64,000 nt of DNA from a virus: positions 80,303-144,302 of IMG/VR virus record IMGVR_UViG_3300024239_000011; one strand, 5' to 3'. Within the stretch, counting starts at the first letter, position 1, and the number at the start of each line of letters is the position of its first letter. The notes under the pieces are model-generated. The model saw nothing but the letters and a program-made list of their open reading frames with translations. It was not told where the DNA came from and did no database searches. Positions 1 through 9,740 of this stretch are shown piece after piece. The position numbers were made by a program, and so were the translations under genes.

Positions 1-546
1 CGCGTTCTACCCCCTGAACTACACCCGCACCTCATCCTTGTAGCAAGACTATTTAGCACGGTCAATATTCTTTTTGTCCCTTATCCTCCAATCTGATCGG
101 TGGTAGTGCCTCATCAACCCCGTCAAAAATGACAGAAAGATAGTCTTGCCCAAAATCCCTTACAATTCTGGTGCGCAAACTAACACTCCGTGCGGTTGCC
201 TCTTCAATTGAACGTTGCTTTTTCAAATATTTTCTATCCATACAATTTCCTTTCGATTACCGGGTTGCTTGACCCGACGTTCAAAACCCCTTATACTATC
301 TAAGGTTTGAACAATTATGGTTAAAACAGCATGTTTCACAGCAATCTCGCCATACGCGACCGTACCCGGAAGAGTGCCGCGCCGCGTATCGACCCCAGCG
401 CGCCGGTTTACCAGTTTAAGGCGGAAGGGTTTATTGGTGGTCGTTTTGTCGTCAAGACCATTTGGGCACGGTCGGACGTGGAAGCGTCTTCCAAAGCGCG
501 TCGTTCGTTTGATATGTCCAGCGAAATCACGATGTACTCGGTATAA

Positions 547-847
547 TATGTCCACACCGGAACCCAAAAAGAAAGGGTTGGGGCGTAAGTGGTTCCCACC
601 TCGTGAGGATCGTGGGAATTACCGTTTCTTCAAGAAGTGGTCTGAAAAACTTGAAGTTCAAGCTAATATAGCCTTGACTTCTCAACTTTCAGTCTTCGTC
701 CGCCCCCAGATCAAGACTTGGCTCGCTACTGAAGTTGGGGAAGGGAAATTCGGGTTCGAGGTGGGTGAAACCACCGTGACCTTCGGTTTTAAGACGGAAA
801 TCGACCGAATGAAATTCGAACGGTTTCTTGAAGCGAATTACAAGTGA
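547..847 (+). CDS. hypothetical small protein
   Basis: ORF (C-terminal 100 aa of the 317..847 track ORF); ATG at 547 directly after a TATAAT box; no recognisable domain. Confidence 0.35.
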
Positions 848-852
848 AAGTT

Positions 853-946
853 TGGAGGAAAGGGTCGGACTCGAACCGACATACCCCTGCGTTTGCAGGC
901 ACCTGATTTGCACTCAAGGACCGTCGCCTATTCCGGTCACCTTTCC
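853..946 (-). tRNA. type II (long variable arm) tRNA, anticodon GCA (Cys-like), U73
   Basis: 7-bp acceptor GGAAAGG/CCTTTCC, D stem ACC/GGT, anticodon arm CTTGA-GTGCAAA-TCAGG, 21-nt variable arm with CCTGC/GCAGG hairpin, T arm GTCGG-TTCGAGT-CCGAC, encoded CCA. Confidence 0.55.
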
Positions 947-1083
947 ACAACCTTATTTACCTATTGCCACTCAAAGTAAAGTTTGAAATACGGCATGTCA
1001 ACATTTGCATGCCGTAAATAAGTGGTTATTTTACCCTCGTAAACCACTATCTAAATAAGCTGGGTGCAACGAGGGGTGTTTCC

Positions 1084-1524
1084 GTGCGTGTTCTTCTACT
1101 AGAAGAAAAAGTCAATGGACTAGAATTCGTCGTTCAGCATTTGCGAGGCGTCGGCGGAATGTCGTTCATGCTCGCAAAAGATATCAGCGAAATTGAACCC
1201 TTTGTTTTTAAGCAACACTACGATTTTTGTTTCGTGTGTTTAAATGGTGATTATATACCGAAACTTGATTATATCAAATCGGTACTCCATCCCGAAACCA
1301 TTCTTATTTTGGCACTTGATGACGATGACAGTGTAATTACCGATATTGTTGACGACGTAATTACCGCCTCAACTAAAGGCGAACGTCTATACCGGTTGGT
1401 CGGATTGTCTATAATGCAAAAGAAACATCAGGCGTGCCCCCAAAAATTTGAAATGGTCAAATCTCTTCGGGAAATTAGGCAAATTACCAGTTATCAAAAC
1501 GTCGTGATGGCAGGTAAAGCCTAG
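1084..1524 (+). CDS. hypothetical protein (possible receiver-like fold)
   Basis: 146-aa ORF; no confident motif. Confidence 0.4.
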   Translation: MRVLLLEEKVNGLEFVVQHLRGVGGMSFMLAKDISEIEPFVFKQHYDFCFVCLNGDYIPKLDYIKSVLHPETILILALDDDDSVITDIVDDVITASTKGERLYRLVGLSIMQKKHQACPQKFEMVKSLREIRQITSYQNVVMAGKA

Positions 1525-1583
1525 GACCACTTGACTACCACTATCCAAGATCGTATATTAGAACCTCCTTTGGAGGTTCCATC

Positions 1584-1832
1584 ATGAATGTGGAAATCAT
1601 TCGCGAAGTTACTCTGCGCTCGGTCGTTATGAACGTTGATCGGAGCGGTGAATTGGTTCTGGCAACCCTGTGTCGGGAATATTCCGCCAAGAACGTTACC
1701 GTTTCCATGGTCAATAACAAGGTGCGCATCGGTAAAGATGCCTACAGGATGACCGTACAGATCGATGACGCACACGCTGACGAATTTATGACCACGTTGC
1801 TGGCTCAGATCAACACTCGTCGGGCTGCCTAA
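1584..1832 (+). CDS. hypothetical protein
   Basis: GGAGG RBS at 1566-1570; TAATG stop/start overlap with next ORF. Confidence 0.55.
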   Translation: MNVEIIREVTLRSVVMNVDRSGELVLATLCREYSAKNVTVSMVNNKVRIGKDAYRMTVQIDDAHADEFMTTLLAQINTRRAA

Positions 1833-2062
1833 TGCCCGAACTCATCATTCGCGAGAAACAAGTACAACCGCGTGGCGCTCATTACCCACTACCCACGGCG
1901 ATGATCTCGGTCATGCTGTCTAATGGGAAGAACGAGACACTGCTTCAGAGTTTCCCCGACCGCGAAGGGCTAGTTGGTGCAAATATTGACCAGTTGCGCA
2001 TCCAGGCGACCGAATACGCCACAAGGGTGGCTGGCGTTCTTGGATGTAAAATCAGTCAATAG
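1832..2062 (+). CDS. hypothetical protein
   Basis: translationally coupled to upstream ORF. Confidence 0.45.
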   Translation: MPELIIREKQVQPRGAHYPLPTAMISVMLSNGKNETLLQSFPDREGLVGANIDQLRIQATEYATRVAGVLGCKISQ

Positions 2063-2311
2063 GCTGCCTGATCCAATCGTCCTCATCATCGCGAAATTCC
2101 CAGACACATCCCGATTCATGTCCATGGTGTGGTCCATTACCGACCGCCATGGTTTGTTGGCTTGCTGGTTTCTGATCAACCATGCTTGTTTGACGGCGTT
2201 GATCAACGCCCTCTGGAAATCCCGCCATAACGGGTAAATTGGCGGGGTGCTAAGCACCCCACCTTTCCGGGCGCTTCATACGCCGCTGTACAAAGTCCCG
2301 ATCTGCGTACA

Positions 2312-2572
2312 TCATACCTCACAACGCAAGGGTGCGTAAGCGTACCGGTGATGCAAACAATCCAGATGCTCTAACACGATGGTGCTGACCGCGCCAAGGT
2401 GATCGAATAAACTGGCTGACACCAGCGGACCCCAGTGAATTTCGCCATTATGAAAACGAAGGAATTTCTGCGTGGACAAATCCTTGATCGTGTATACCAC
2501 GTTCGGGTCCACATGCTGGGTGTCTTCGGAGGGTAGTACCACCGAGGCAGTAATCGGAATTTCAGTAGTCAT
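2312..2572 (-). CDS. hypothetical protein
   Basis: ATGA overlap with upstream HNH gene. Confidence 0.45.
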   Translation of the reverse strand: MTTEIPITASVVLPSEDTQHVDPNVVYTIKDLSTQKFLRFHNGEIHWGPLVSASLFDHLGAVSTIVLEHLDCLHHRYAYAPLRCEV

Positions 2573-2913
2573 TTCAATCCTTTCAAAAGCCGCTGTGAAT
2601 CGCGGTAAGCTTTATCGTAAGATGAACCAATGATTCGGTAAAGATCATTCGGGTGTAAACCCTCGACCCACCTCTTACCCCCACTGATGTGGAACTGTTC
2701 TGCCTTCATATGGCAGCCATTTTCACCATCACACAAAGAGATACCGTTGCTGGCGACATAGCCGCCATTTGGCATCAAATGGCGATCTGTGATGTGGTGA
2801 GCATCAAGCTTATATTTCGATGCAGGCTTGCTGCAAATGCGGCACTTATTGCCGTCCCGTTTGAACACAGCCTCACGGAATGCGTCGCGCACTAATTGTT
2901 TCTGTTTAGCCAT
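2569..2913 (-). CDS. small HNH endonuclease
   Basis: CxxC...DAHHI...N..LC...H motif arrangement typical of HNH nucleases. Confidence 0.6.
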   Translation of the reverse strand: MAKQKQLVRDAFREAVFKRDGNKCRICSKPASKYKLDAHHITDRHLMPNGGYVASNGISLCDGENGCHMKAEQFHISGGKRWVEGLHPNDLYRIIGSSYDKAYRDSQRLLKGLK

Positions 2914-2935
2914 GGTCTTTTAGTTGGTCGAGAAT

Positions 2936-3017
2936 GGTGCCGGGTGAGGGACTCGAACCCCCGATGTTTGTATCCCGACTTACGAAGTCGGTGCTGTCGC
3001 CGCTGAGCCAACCCGGC
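2936..3017 (-). tRNA. tRNA-Thr(CGT) with enlarged (~12 nt) variable region
   Basis: acceptor GCCGGGT/ACCCGGC, anticodon arm CCGAC-TTCGTAA-GTCGG, T arm GGGGG-TTCGAGT-CCCTC, CCA encoded; paralog of tRNA at 25116. Confidence 0.6.
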
Positions 3018-3379
3018 AGACAACCATTCTAATGACCTTGGTGCGGGATTCCCGATTCTCCACCCGCCCCACCCCGCTGAAGGACCATACATCCTTCTCT
3101 TTGTGGCTTGCTACGAGGTCATGCAATTTCTGGATCGTATCTTCTCTACACCACCCAAGGTCATAACGCCTCATTAGGCAAGTCTATTTATCAGTCCCCG
3201 GAGGTCTTAGTCAATCATTATATCGTGCGGACCACGGATACCACGACCACCGACTGGGTGGTTTTCAAATTCTTCCCCGAGAACATCATAAGAACAATCG
3301 TCACAAACCCAGCCTTCTTTGGCTTCATGCATCCCAGTGATGTCAGGGGACAATTCGATTTTGCACTTGGCACACTGCG

Positions 3380-3823
3380 TCATTTCGATCCGCCCAACTT
3401 GATTGTGAGAAACTGCCCTAGCGAGACATCGAACCAGTTTGTGTAGTTCCCACAGCTTCCGAGAAGGAACGGGGTCTCGTCTTTAACCACAGCCGGGTCA
3501 ATTTGTATCGCATGCAAGTCGGTGATCTCTACAACCGACGACACCCACTCTAATTTACCCCACTCCGGTCCCGCAACGTCGAACTCACTGCCACCATGAT
3601 CGGTGCAATAGAAGTCGTCCACGTCCTCATCGTACAGCCCAATTCCATAAAAGGAATAGCTCCCCTTGGTACACATGTTGGTGTATCGAAACAACCGACC
3701 GCGCTCCCGGAACAACTGTGCCACATCTTCCTTTGTGTTAGGCATAAGCGTTCCACAGACAGTGCAGCGGTACCCGTTCTCCCGTTTCACCGTGAATGAT
3801 CGACAATCGTGGCACTGAAGCAT
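3380..3823 (-). CDS. hypothetical Zn-ribbon protein
   Basis: 147-aa ORF with CxxC...CxxC. Confidence 0.4.
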   Translation of the reverse strand: MLQCHDCRSFTVKRENGYRCTVCGTLMPNTKEDVAQLFRERGRLFRYTNMCTKGSYSFYGIGLYDEDVDDFYCTDHGGSEFDVAGPEWGKLEWVSSVVEITDLHAIQIDPAVVKDETPFLLGSCGNYTNWFDVSLGQFLTIKLGGSK

Positions 3824-3838
3824 CGTCTACCTGCGTTT

Positions 3839-3905
3839 TGGCGTCCCCGAACCTGCGACCTTCAATTTAGGAGATTGACGCTCTTCCAATCTGAGCTACG
3901 GGGAC
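3839..3905 (-). pseudogene. tRNA-Arg(CCT)-like with deletion of most of the T arm
   Basis: acceptor GTCCCCG/CGGGGAC+G+CCA, D arm GCTC/GAGC, anticodon arm TCAAT-CTCCTAA-ATTGA, but only GCAGGTT remains between variable loop and acceptor 3' strand (66 nt total). Confidence 0.4.
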
Positions 3906-4203
3906 TTGAAAAGTTGAAATTATATATCATGGCATGTGCAGCGGATCAATCTTGCTGTTATGCCTATACCGATAAAAGCGATTAATTCATAAATAGATTC
4001 GTAGTAACAGGGTGGGTAAATGCTAAAGGTAGTAAGCTACACACCGTTTCCAAAACGAACCCCCGAAAGGGCGGAACTGAAGGTCGTTGTCTCCAACGAA
4101 CGTCCTCAGATGTCCCTATCTGATATTGTGGTTTCGTGGTGGCTTTTCCCGCTAATCCTGTTGACCAAAACCTACAGTTTCTCATTCACGTATGTGGAAA
4201 AAG

Positions 4204-4238
4204 AACGGGCGGCTCGATAAGCCGCCCGTTCCTTTTTG
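4204..4238. terminator. intrinsic terminator (bidirectional)
   Basis: GAACGGGCGGCT-cgat-AAGCCGCCCGTTC hairpin flanked by A and T tracts. Confidence 0.7.
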
Positions 4239-4260
4239 AAGACCGCCGAGAATATTGGTC

Positions 4261-4659
4261 TTAGTTAACCGACAGGGCGCTGTTGGTGTCGTCCACCTTC
4301 ACCTCGAACCAGCCGCCCCGGCTGTAGCCTCGCGCCCATCGAGCGCGAGGGGTCCACGCGCCCATATCGAAGGCATCCAGGGACAGCTTGTCACCCTTGG
4401 ACAGACCCAGGCTGGCAGCCACGTCTTCCGGCAGACGGAAACGGTTGCGGGTATTGTTCTTCTTGCTCACCAACACGGTAGCGGTAGCCGCCTTCTTCTC
4501 GGCATCGGTCAAAGCGACGCCAGCCGGGACGAACTTGATCAGGGTGTGTTCGCCATGCTTGGTGACGACGATGGTCATGGTGCCGACCGAAGCGACATTC
4601 GACTTGACGGTGATCTCGGTCTTGGCAGTGACGGGGGCGGTAGCGGAAACGTGGGTCAT
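4261..4659 (-). CDS. AbrB/MazE-like (swapped-hairpin) DNA-binding domain protein
   Basis: C-terminal RFRLPEDVAASLGLSKGDKLSL motif; overlapping GC-rich ORFs on other frames judged artefacts. Confidence 0.45.
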   Translation of the reverse strand: MTHVSATAPVTAKTEITVKSNVASVGTMTIVVTKHGEHTLIKFVPAGVALTDAEKKAATATVLVSKKNNTRNRFRLPEDVAASLGLSKGDKLSLDAFDMGAWTPRARWARGYSRGGWFEVKVDDTNSALSVN

Positions 4660-4860
4660 GGCGATCTCCTGTCTCTCTTTTGGGCGGTTTCGAACCGCCG
4701 AACCATGAGTAGATACTACCAGGGGTTTGATACCATGTCAACAGGTCGGACAACTTTTTCTTCGATTTTCTTTAGCATACAAGAACAACAAGTAATTCCA
4801 TTTTGTGGACGACTTTCATGTGGACATAAATATGGCTTTAACCCGGTCATGAGGTGAAAC

Positions 4861-5214
4861 ATGTTGGCATTTCGTCTAACTGCAATTCACGATAATAATA
4901 TCAGCAGACTACCAGAATACGACGGAATACCAATTTACCAAGCGGAAGACTGGCTCCGACATGCCGATATTTCATCAGACCAGTACACAATTCGTTATAT
5001 TCATCACGCCGATGACCGGGACGAATATGATCTTGTGTTTGAATCCAGCGACCTCATGCAGCAGTTCATCGCCGCTGTCGTTGCACCAAAGGCGCCGATC
5101 ATGATGGTGAATACCACGTGTCCGTATTGTGGTTATCTGACGCCGGTAGCGTCATCCGCCAAAGCCATTGAGCGGCTAAGTGTTTGTCCAGATTGCAGGA
5201 AAAAGGGGGCTTAA
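4861..5214 (+). CDS. hypothetical protein with C-terminal Zn ribbon
   Basis: CPYC...CPDC; followed by terminator. Confidence 0.5.
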   Translation: MLAFRLTAIHDNNISRLPEYDGIPIYQAEDWLRHADISSDQYTIRYIHHADDRDEYDLVFESSDLMQQFIAAVVAPKAPIMMVNTTCPYCGYLTPVASSAKAIERLSVCPDCRKKGA

Positions 5215-5220
5215 GCCCCC
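5195..5220. terminator. intrinsic terminator between convergent genes
   Basis: AAAAAGGGGGCTTAAGCCCCCTTTCTCTTT. Confidence 0.7.
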
Positions 5221-5227
5221 TTTCTCT

Positions 5228-6781
5228 TTACCAGTGTGCCAAGATCAGCGGCGTGTCTTGATAAGACTGCCAAATTCGTTCGGTGATATATGGCATCATC
5301 GGATGTGCCAGACGTAGGCATTGATCGAGGCACCGCATAATCGTTCCCAATGCATCCATGTCGTTCTGATCGTACAAACGATCCTTGGACGCCTCGATGT
5401 ACCAATCGCAGAACTCGTGTTTGAAGAACAATCGGAACGCATCCGCCGCTGCTCGGTAATCAAATGCATCCAGGGCATTTGCCATAGTACGTTTTGTTTG
5501 ATCGAGTGATGCGAGGATACGCAGATCATCAGGATGTTGAGACTCGTTCCAGGCAGATGGACGACCCATCCGGTCGAAATGACTGAGACAGAACCGCGAG
5601 GCTTGCCACAGTTTGTTTGCGAACCGTTTTGCAGAATCGAAAATATCGTTCGACAATCGGATATCCTGCCCGGCGGTACCGTTCTCCAAGAACCCGAACC
5701 GCAAAGCGTCACATCCGAATTTTTCGATGATTAGCAGAGGATCAATGCCGTTTCCCTTCGACTTACACATTTTTTCCCCATTGGCGTCACGAATGATGCC
5801 GTGGAGATAGATGGTGTCAAATGCCATCTGATCGGTCAGGGCAAGCCCCATCATCAACATACGGGCACACCAGAAGAATAGGATGTCCGCTGCCGTCTCG
5901 ATCATACTCGCCGGGTAGAAAGTTCGCAGATCGGGCGTGTCGTTTGGCCAGCCCAAAATGGCGAAGGGCCAAATTGCGGACGAGAACCATGTATCAAGGA
6001 CATCGTGATCTTGTCGGATGTCATCCCCCAGAATAGCTCTGGCATCCGCCTCTGTACGTGCCGCGCAAAAAGCACCAGAACCGTTGTACCAAATCGGGAT
6101 ACGGTGTCCCCACCAAATCTGACGCGAAATACACCACGGCTCGATGTTTTCGAGGAAATGACAGAAGGTTTTCCCTTCATATTCCGGGATAATCTTTAGT
6201 TCACCCGCATGATAACGTGCAAGAAGGTCGGTAGCCAGTTGACTAGTGTCCAACCACCACTGCCCATCCTGACGGTAAATCAATCCTTTTTCGAAACACC
6301 GGTTGAACGCCTCTAGGGTGGCGGTGGGATGTTCGGGGCTAAGCGTATACCATTCGCGCGACCAATCACAGCTTGCGCCCAGACGGCGAATTTGCTGGGT
6401 GATGCGCCCACCCGTCGTTTTCTGCCATGCATCTGCTTTGGCAAAATACTGGTCACGGGTTGGTTCGGTAATCCCTTCGGCGGCAAGCTCAGCCTTAATC
6501 TTAGCATCGGTTGCCAAACCCGCATGATCAGTACCGGGCTGCCATAGTGCATTAAAGCCCTGCATGCGCTTGTACCGGATCGTCGTATCCTGAAGGGTGG
6601 TGAAAAGTGCATGCCCCATGTGCAGTTGCCCAGTGATATTGGGCGGCGGCATTGGGATGTTGAAGGCTGGTGCCTCTGGGTTCATGCTTGGCTTAAAAAA
6701 GCCATTATTTTCCCAATGCGCGTAGATGTTCGGTTCTTCGGTTTTATAGTCGAAGTTCCGAGTTAGTTTGTTACGTCCCAC
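5228..6781 (-). CDS. valS: valyl-tRNA synthetase-like class Ia aaRS catalytic core, lacking CP1 editing domain and C-terminal domains
   Basis: HIGH motif PPPNITGQLHMGHA, WQPGTDHAGLAT, ISRQIWWGHRIPIWY, KMSKS-like KMCKSKGNG, start of anticodon-binding helix GCDALRF...NKLWQASRF. Only ~290 aa separate HIGH from KMSKS (ValRS normally ~500), so the editing domain is absent. Confidence 0.85.
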   Translation of the reverse strand: MGRNKLTRNFDYKTEEPNIYAHWENNGFFKPSMNPEAPAFNIPMPPPNITGQLHMGHALFTTLQDTTIRYKRMQGFNALWQPGTDHAGLATDAKIKAELAAEGITEPTRDQYFAKADAWQKTTGGRITQQIRRLGASCDWSREWYTLSPEHPTATLEAFNRCFEKGLIYRQDGQWWLDTSQLATDLLARYHAGELKIIPEYEGKTFCHFLENIEPWCISRQIWWGHRIPIWYNGSGAFCAARTEADARAILGDDIRQDHDVLDTWFSSAIWPFAILGWPNDTPDLRTFYPASMIETAADILFFWCARMLMMGLALTDQMAFDTIYLHGIIRDANGEKMCKSKGNGIDPLLIIEKFGCDALRFGFLENGTAGQDIRLSNDIFDSAKRFANKLWQASRFCLSHFDRMGRPSAWNESQHPDDLRILASLDQTKRTMANALDAFDYRAAADAFRLFFKHEFCDWYIEASKDRLYDQNDMDALGTIMRCLDQCLRLAHPMMPYITERIWQSYQDTPLILAHW

Positions 6782-6860
6782 ATGGTCATTTCGTTATCCT
6801 CCATAGTTTGAGTGACCAACCAAAACGATAAACAAATATTTTGGCTATGGCTATTTATTT

Positions 6861-7208
6861 TTGTTAGAATCCGGGGGAAAGCGAGGAATCATGCTTAACT
6901 TTTTTTTGCGTGTGAATAACCCCTTTAAAAAGGATACCCATTCAAATTTCCACCATCTATGGGGCTGGCACAAATCATTGACCCAATATAGGGAATTCGA
7001 AATCGAAACATATTATAGTCCGATGATCGTTGATGTTGAAATTGTGTTTGAAATGAAGGGACGTGATCACGCTGGTCCCCGAATCACCATTGGTATACTT
7101 GGATGGACAATTAGCGCATCAATCTATGATAATCGCCATTGGGATTATGATGCCGGATATTGGGAACAGGATGTGGTAGGGGATGACGGTACTGCCCCGC
7201 CTTCGTGA
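6861..7208 (+). CDS. hypothetical protein
   Basis: 115-aa ORF. Confidence 0.35.
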   Translation: MLESGGKRGIMLNFFLRVNNPFKKDTHSNFHHLWGWHKSLTQYREFEIETYYSPMIVDVEIVFEMKGRDHAGPRITIGILGWTISASIYDNRHWDYDAGYWEQDVVGDDGTAPPS

Positions 7209-7238
7209 CCGTTATGAGCGGTCGGCATTACTTTTATG

Positions 7239-7668
7239 CTAATCCCCAACAAAATTCACAACGTCGCTGATAAGGGTGTGTTGGTCAACACGCCCACCCG
7301 CCCTAAATTCATCATAGGTTAGCCACACCACTTCTTTGGTTTCCTTGGTGGGCTTACCCAGACCCTTAGGTTTCTTGATCTCAGCCACAAAGATGTATAG
7401 GTCGAAATATTCGTCTCGCCCTTCTACCCGATCTTTCTTGGCAAAGCACAAGTTGCGAACGTTGTCTGCCTTAATCCCAAGTTCTTCAGAACCTTCCCGG
7501 ATTGCAGCAGCTTCAATGGTTTCACCAAGGTCTTGTTTGCCTTTGGCAATTTGGGGCAATACTCCACCAAAACCCGCTTTTGACGGTACCATAAACAACA
7601 TACGCAAAATACCATTATCAATGTAATAGGGTACTAACCCAGCACGATTTGTCGTTGAAAGTCCCTTC
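7239..7668 (-). CDS. NUDIX hydrolase
   Basis: Nudix box AKGKQDLGETIEAAAIREGSEELGI; probable TTG start after GGGAGG RBS (track ORF extends to 7898). Confidence 0.7.
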
Positions 7669-7764
7669 AATTGGTACCTCCCGCCGTTCTTTATATTTAG
7701 ACTTAAACGTCCAATGGCAAGCAAATAATACCACCAATTTGCGGTATATTTGCTTGCCATGGCA

Positions 7765-8370
7765 TCATTTCCACTGGGTGCGGCGCTGCTGCTTCCAATT
7801 CTTCTGCGGGCGCCGCCAGTAATCATCCCAGACAGTCGGCAGGCACGCCTTGCGACGACGACCACGAGCCTTGATTCGATATTCGACCGCATCTTCATCG
7901 TAGTTCAGGAAATCGTTCTCACGAATCTCCTGGGTCGTTGCCATGTGACGAAGCGACTGGCACTTCCAGTGACGGCGGCAACGGATGCCCTTGACCGGAC
8001 CATTCCGGAAATCCGTCTCCGGATCGTAGTTAAAACGGGACCACTGCGTGCGGTTCGGGCACCCAAGCTGGAAAAACCGTTCCACAATGGTTTCCGGCGC
8101 AATCACCAGCCCCAATTCATCCAGAAGGACAAACTGCCCGCGCGTCCACGACGCCGGTTCCAGGGAGCTACGAATGTACGCCATCCGCGCAACACGGACG
8201 ATCTCACGATGAAACGTGGGTTCGTCCATCAAGGAAGTCTTAACCACCCCATTGTAGGCAATATAAATGAATGGACGACTTGCCCGAGATTTCAGGAAAG
8301 CATCCAAACTTTCATAGACCCACGTTTCCTTGCTGTGGATGTCCTTGAGAGTGACTTCATACTTGTACAT
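7765..8370 (-). CDS. hypothetical protein, paralog of 8585..9169, basic W/R/K-rich C-terminal tail
   Basis: shared block RENDFLNYDEDA.EY.I.ARG...WDD....KNWK.QR.T.W. Confidence 0.6.
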   Translation of the reverse strand: MYKYEVTLKDIHSKETWVYESLDAFLKSRASRPFIYIAYNGVVKTSLMDEPTFHREIVRVARMAYIRSSLEPASWTRGQFVLLDELGLVIAPETIVERFFQLGCPNRTQWSRFNYDPETDFRNGPVKGIRCRRHWKCQSLRHMATTQEIRENDFLNYDEDAVEYRIKARGRRRKACLPTVWDDYWRRPQKNWKQQRRTQWK

Positions 8371-8454
8371 ATTGGTTCTCCTTTAACGCTAATTGCGTTA
8401 ACGGAAACCCAAATATTCCTCGCGAATAACGTACATTTTATTCTCCGACGTTGA

Positions 8455-8522
8455 TGGACGCTGCCGGATTTGAACCGCGCTCGGCTCCGTCGAGCCTATC
8501 CCAGTTGGTCAAATACCCGTCC
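8455..8522 (-). tRNA. degenerate tRNA-like sequence (68 nt)
   Basis: minus-strand T arm GCGG-TTCAAAT-CCGG, partial acceptor pairing GGACG/CGTCC, hairpin GCTCG-ACGGAGC-CGAGC; no canonical D arm or variable loop. Confidence 0.3.
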
Positions 8523-8537
8523 AGGGCGCCCCATAGA

Positions 8538-8612
8538 TGGTGGAGCGCGTGGGGATCGAACCCACTGACCAGCGCCCTAAGTTGTTAACGCCAGCGGGTT
8601 TTCCGCTGACGC
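8538..8612 (-). other. tRNA 3'-half-like fragment
   Basis: canonical T arm GTGGG-TTCGATC-CCCAC plus acceptor 3' strand GCGCTCC-A-CCA, but no matching 5' acceptor strand found. Confidence 0.3.
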
Positions 8613-9169
8613 TTCCAGTTTTTTTCGTGGTGGCGACGCTGAGCGAAATCGTCCCAGGTGTCGGGTAATTCCTTATAGCGGCTACCACGTGCCCGAATAT
8701 GGTACTCTCGGGCATCTTCATCGTAGTTCAGGAAATCGTTTTCACGATGCTCCTGGGTGGTGCGGATGCCCTGGCAGAAACGACCATGGCGCTTGTGAAC
8801 GCCGGGCACCGGACCACACCGGAAATTCTTGGCGTAGGTCCAACCCTTCTTGCGCATCCACTCAGTTTCAACAAGTTCGTGGGTCAGGTGCCCATGATAC
8901 AGGGCGACCCACAGCACGGCTTCCGGCTGAATGATGTGCGCACCGGTCTGATCACACAGGTACCAACCATCACGCTGCTCGGTATAATCCTCGAAGCTGC
9001 TCAAACCGCACTGCGGCTTGTCCAGCATGTCGCGATACACATACCGATACTGGGTCTGGTTAAAAAAATCCTGAAACGAATCGAAACTGGCTTGGTAGTA
9101 GCAGATTTCGTAAACGCCGCGCCACCGGCTCCAATAAATTTGCTTCAGGATGACAGGTCCGTTGTACAT
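8585..9169 (-). CDS. hypothetical protein, paralog of 7765..8370
   Basis: shared C-terminal block and basic tail. Confidence 0.6.
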   Translation of the reverse strand: MYNGPVILKQIYWSRWRGVYEICYYQASFDSFQDFFNQTQYRYVYRDMLDKPQCGLSSFEDYTEQRDGWYLCDQTGAHIIQPEAVLWVALYHGHLTHELVETEWMRKKGWTYAKNFRCGPVPGVHKRHGRFCQGIRTTQEHRENDFLNYDEDAREYHIRARGSRYKELPDTWDDFAQRRHHEKNWKRQRKTRWR

Positions 9170-9338
9170 GGTTTCCTCCTAGAGACGAAGCGTCCCTAAT
9201 GGAAACCGGCATACTCCCGAATGTTCATGACACGGACTCCCGTGGTTGATGATGTCCTTATAGCGATATTTACTAGCGCCGTCAATATCTGGCGTTGTAA
9301 TCACCTAAAAATCATGTATCCTCACGCCGTTATTATGG

Positions 9339-9692
9339 GTGAGTGTCATGGACCTGAAGCACATCACGACAAACCGTTGTCCACATTGCGGCTGCACGAT
9401 TGTAACCGAAGAAACCGTTGAAACCACCAAGGGGGTGAACGGTATCGAGATTCGCGTACACGTGAATGGACAACGGTGGGAAACCAGCAAATTCGCGTGC
9501 GGTCACAAGATCGCCTGGATTCCGAACTTCTCCCGCGAGGAAGTCAAGCAGGAATGCAAGCAGTCCGACGCGGCGAAATTGAAGAAAGCCAAGCGGGCCA
9601 AGGCGACCGAAGAGGCGAAGGCGTTTATCGCTACCCTCGACGTGGACGAAGACTGGAAGAACGATGTTCGTCTACCGGTCGATTGGGACTAA
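9339..9692 (+). CDS. hypothetical Zn-ribbon protein
   Basis: CPHCGC...CGH; lysine-rich C-terminal half. Confidence 0.5.
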   Translation: MSVMDLKHITTNRCPHCGCTIVTEETVETTKGVNGIEIRVHVNGQRWETSKFACGHKIAWIPNFSREEVKQECKQSDAAKLKKAKRAKATEEAKAFIATLDVDEDWKNDVRLPVDWD

Positions 9693-9704
9693 AAGAAAAG
9701 AAAA

Positions 9705-9731
9705 GCGGCACCGAAAGGTGCCGCTTTTCTT
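9705..9731 (+). terminator. intrinsic terminator
   Basis: GCGGCACC-gaaa-GGTGCCGC then TTTTCTTT. Confidence 0.75.
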
Positions 9732-9740
9732 TGTAATGAG

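Noticed and set aside
4683-4700. T-arm-like hairpin GGCGG-TTTCGAA-CCGCC upstream of the AbrB-like gene, considered as a tRNA
   Set aside because: No acceptor, D or anticodon arms could be found around it on either strand; more likely a regulatory or 5'-UTR hairpin or a tRNA remnant.
4255-4857. Large overlapping ORFs (4255..4857 +, 4388..4708 +, 4391..4753 -) with Gly/Arg/Ala-rich translations
   Set aside because: They are alternative-frame readings of the GC-rich minus-strand gene 4261..4659 and have no motifs; treated as artefacts.
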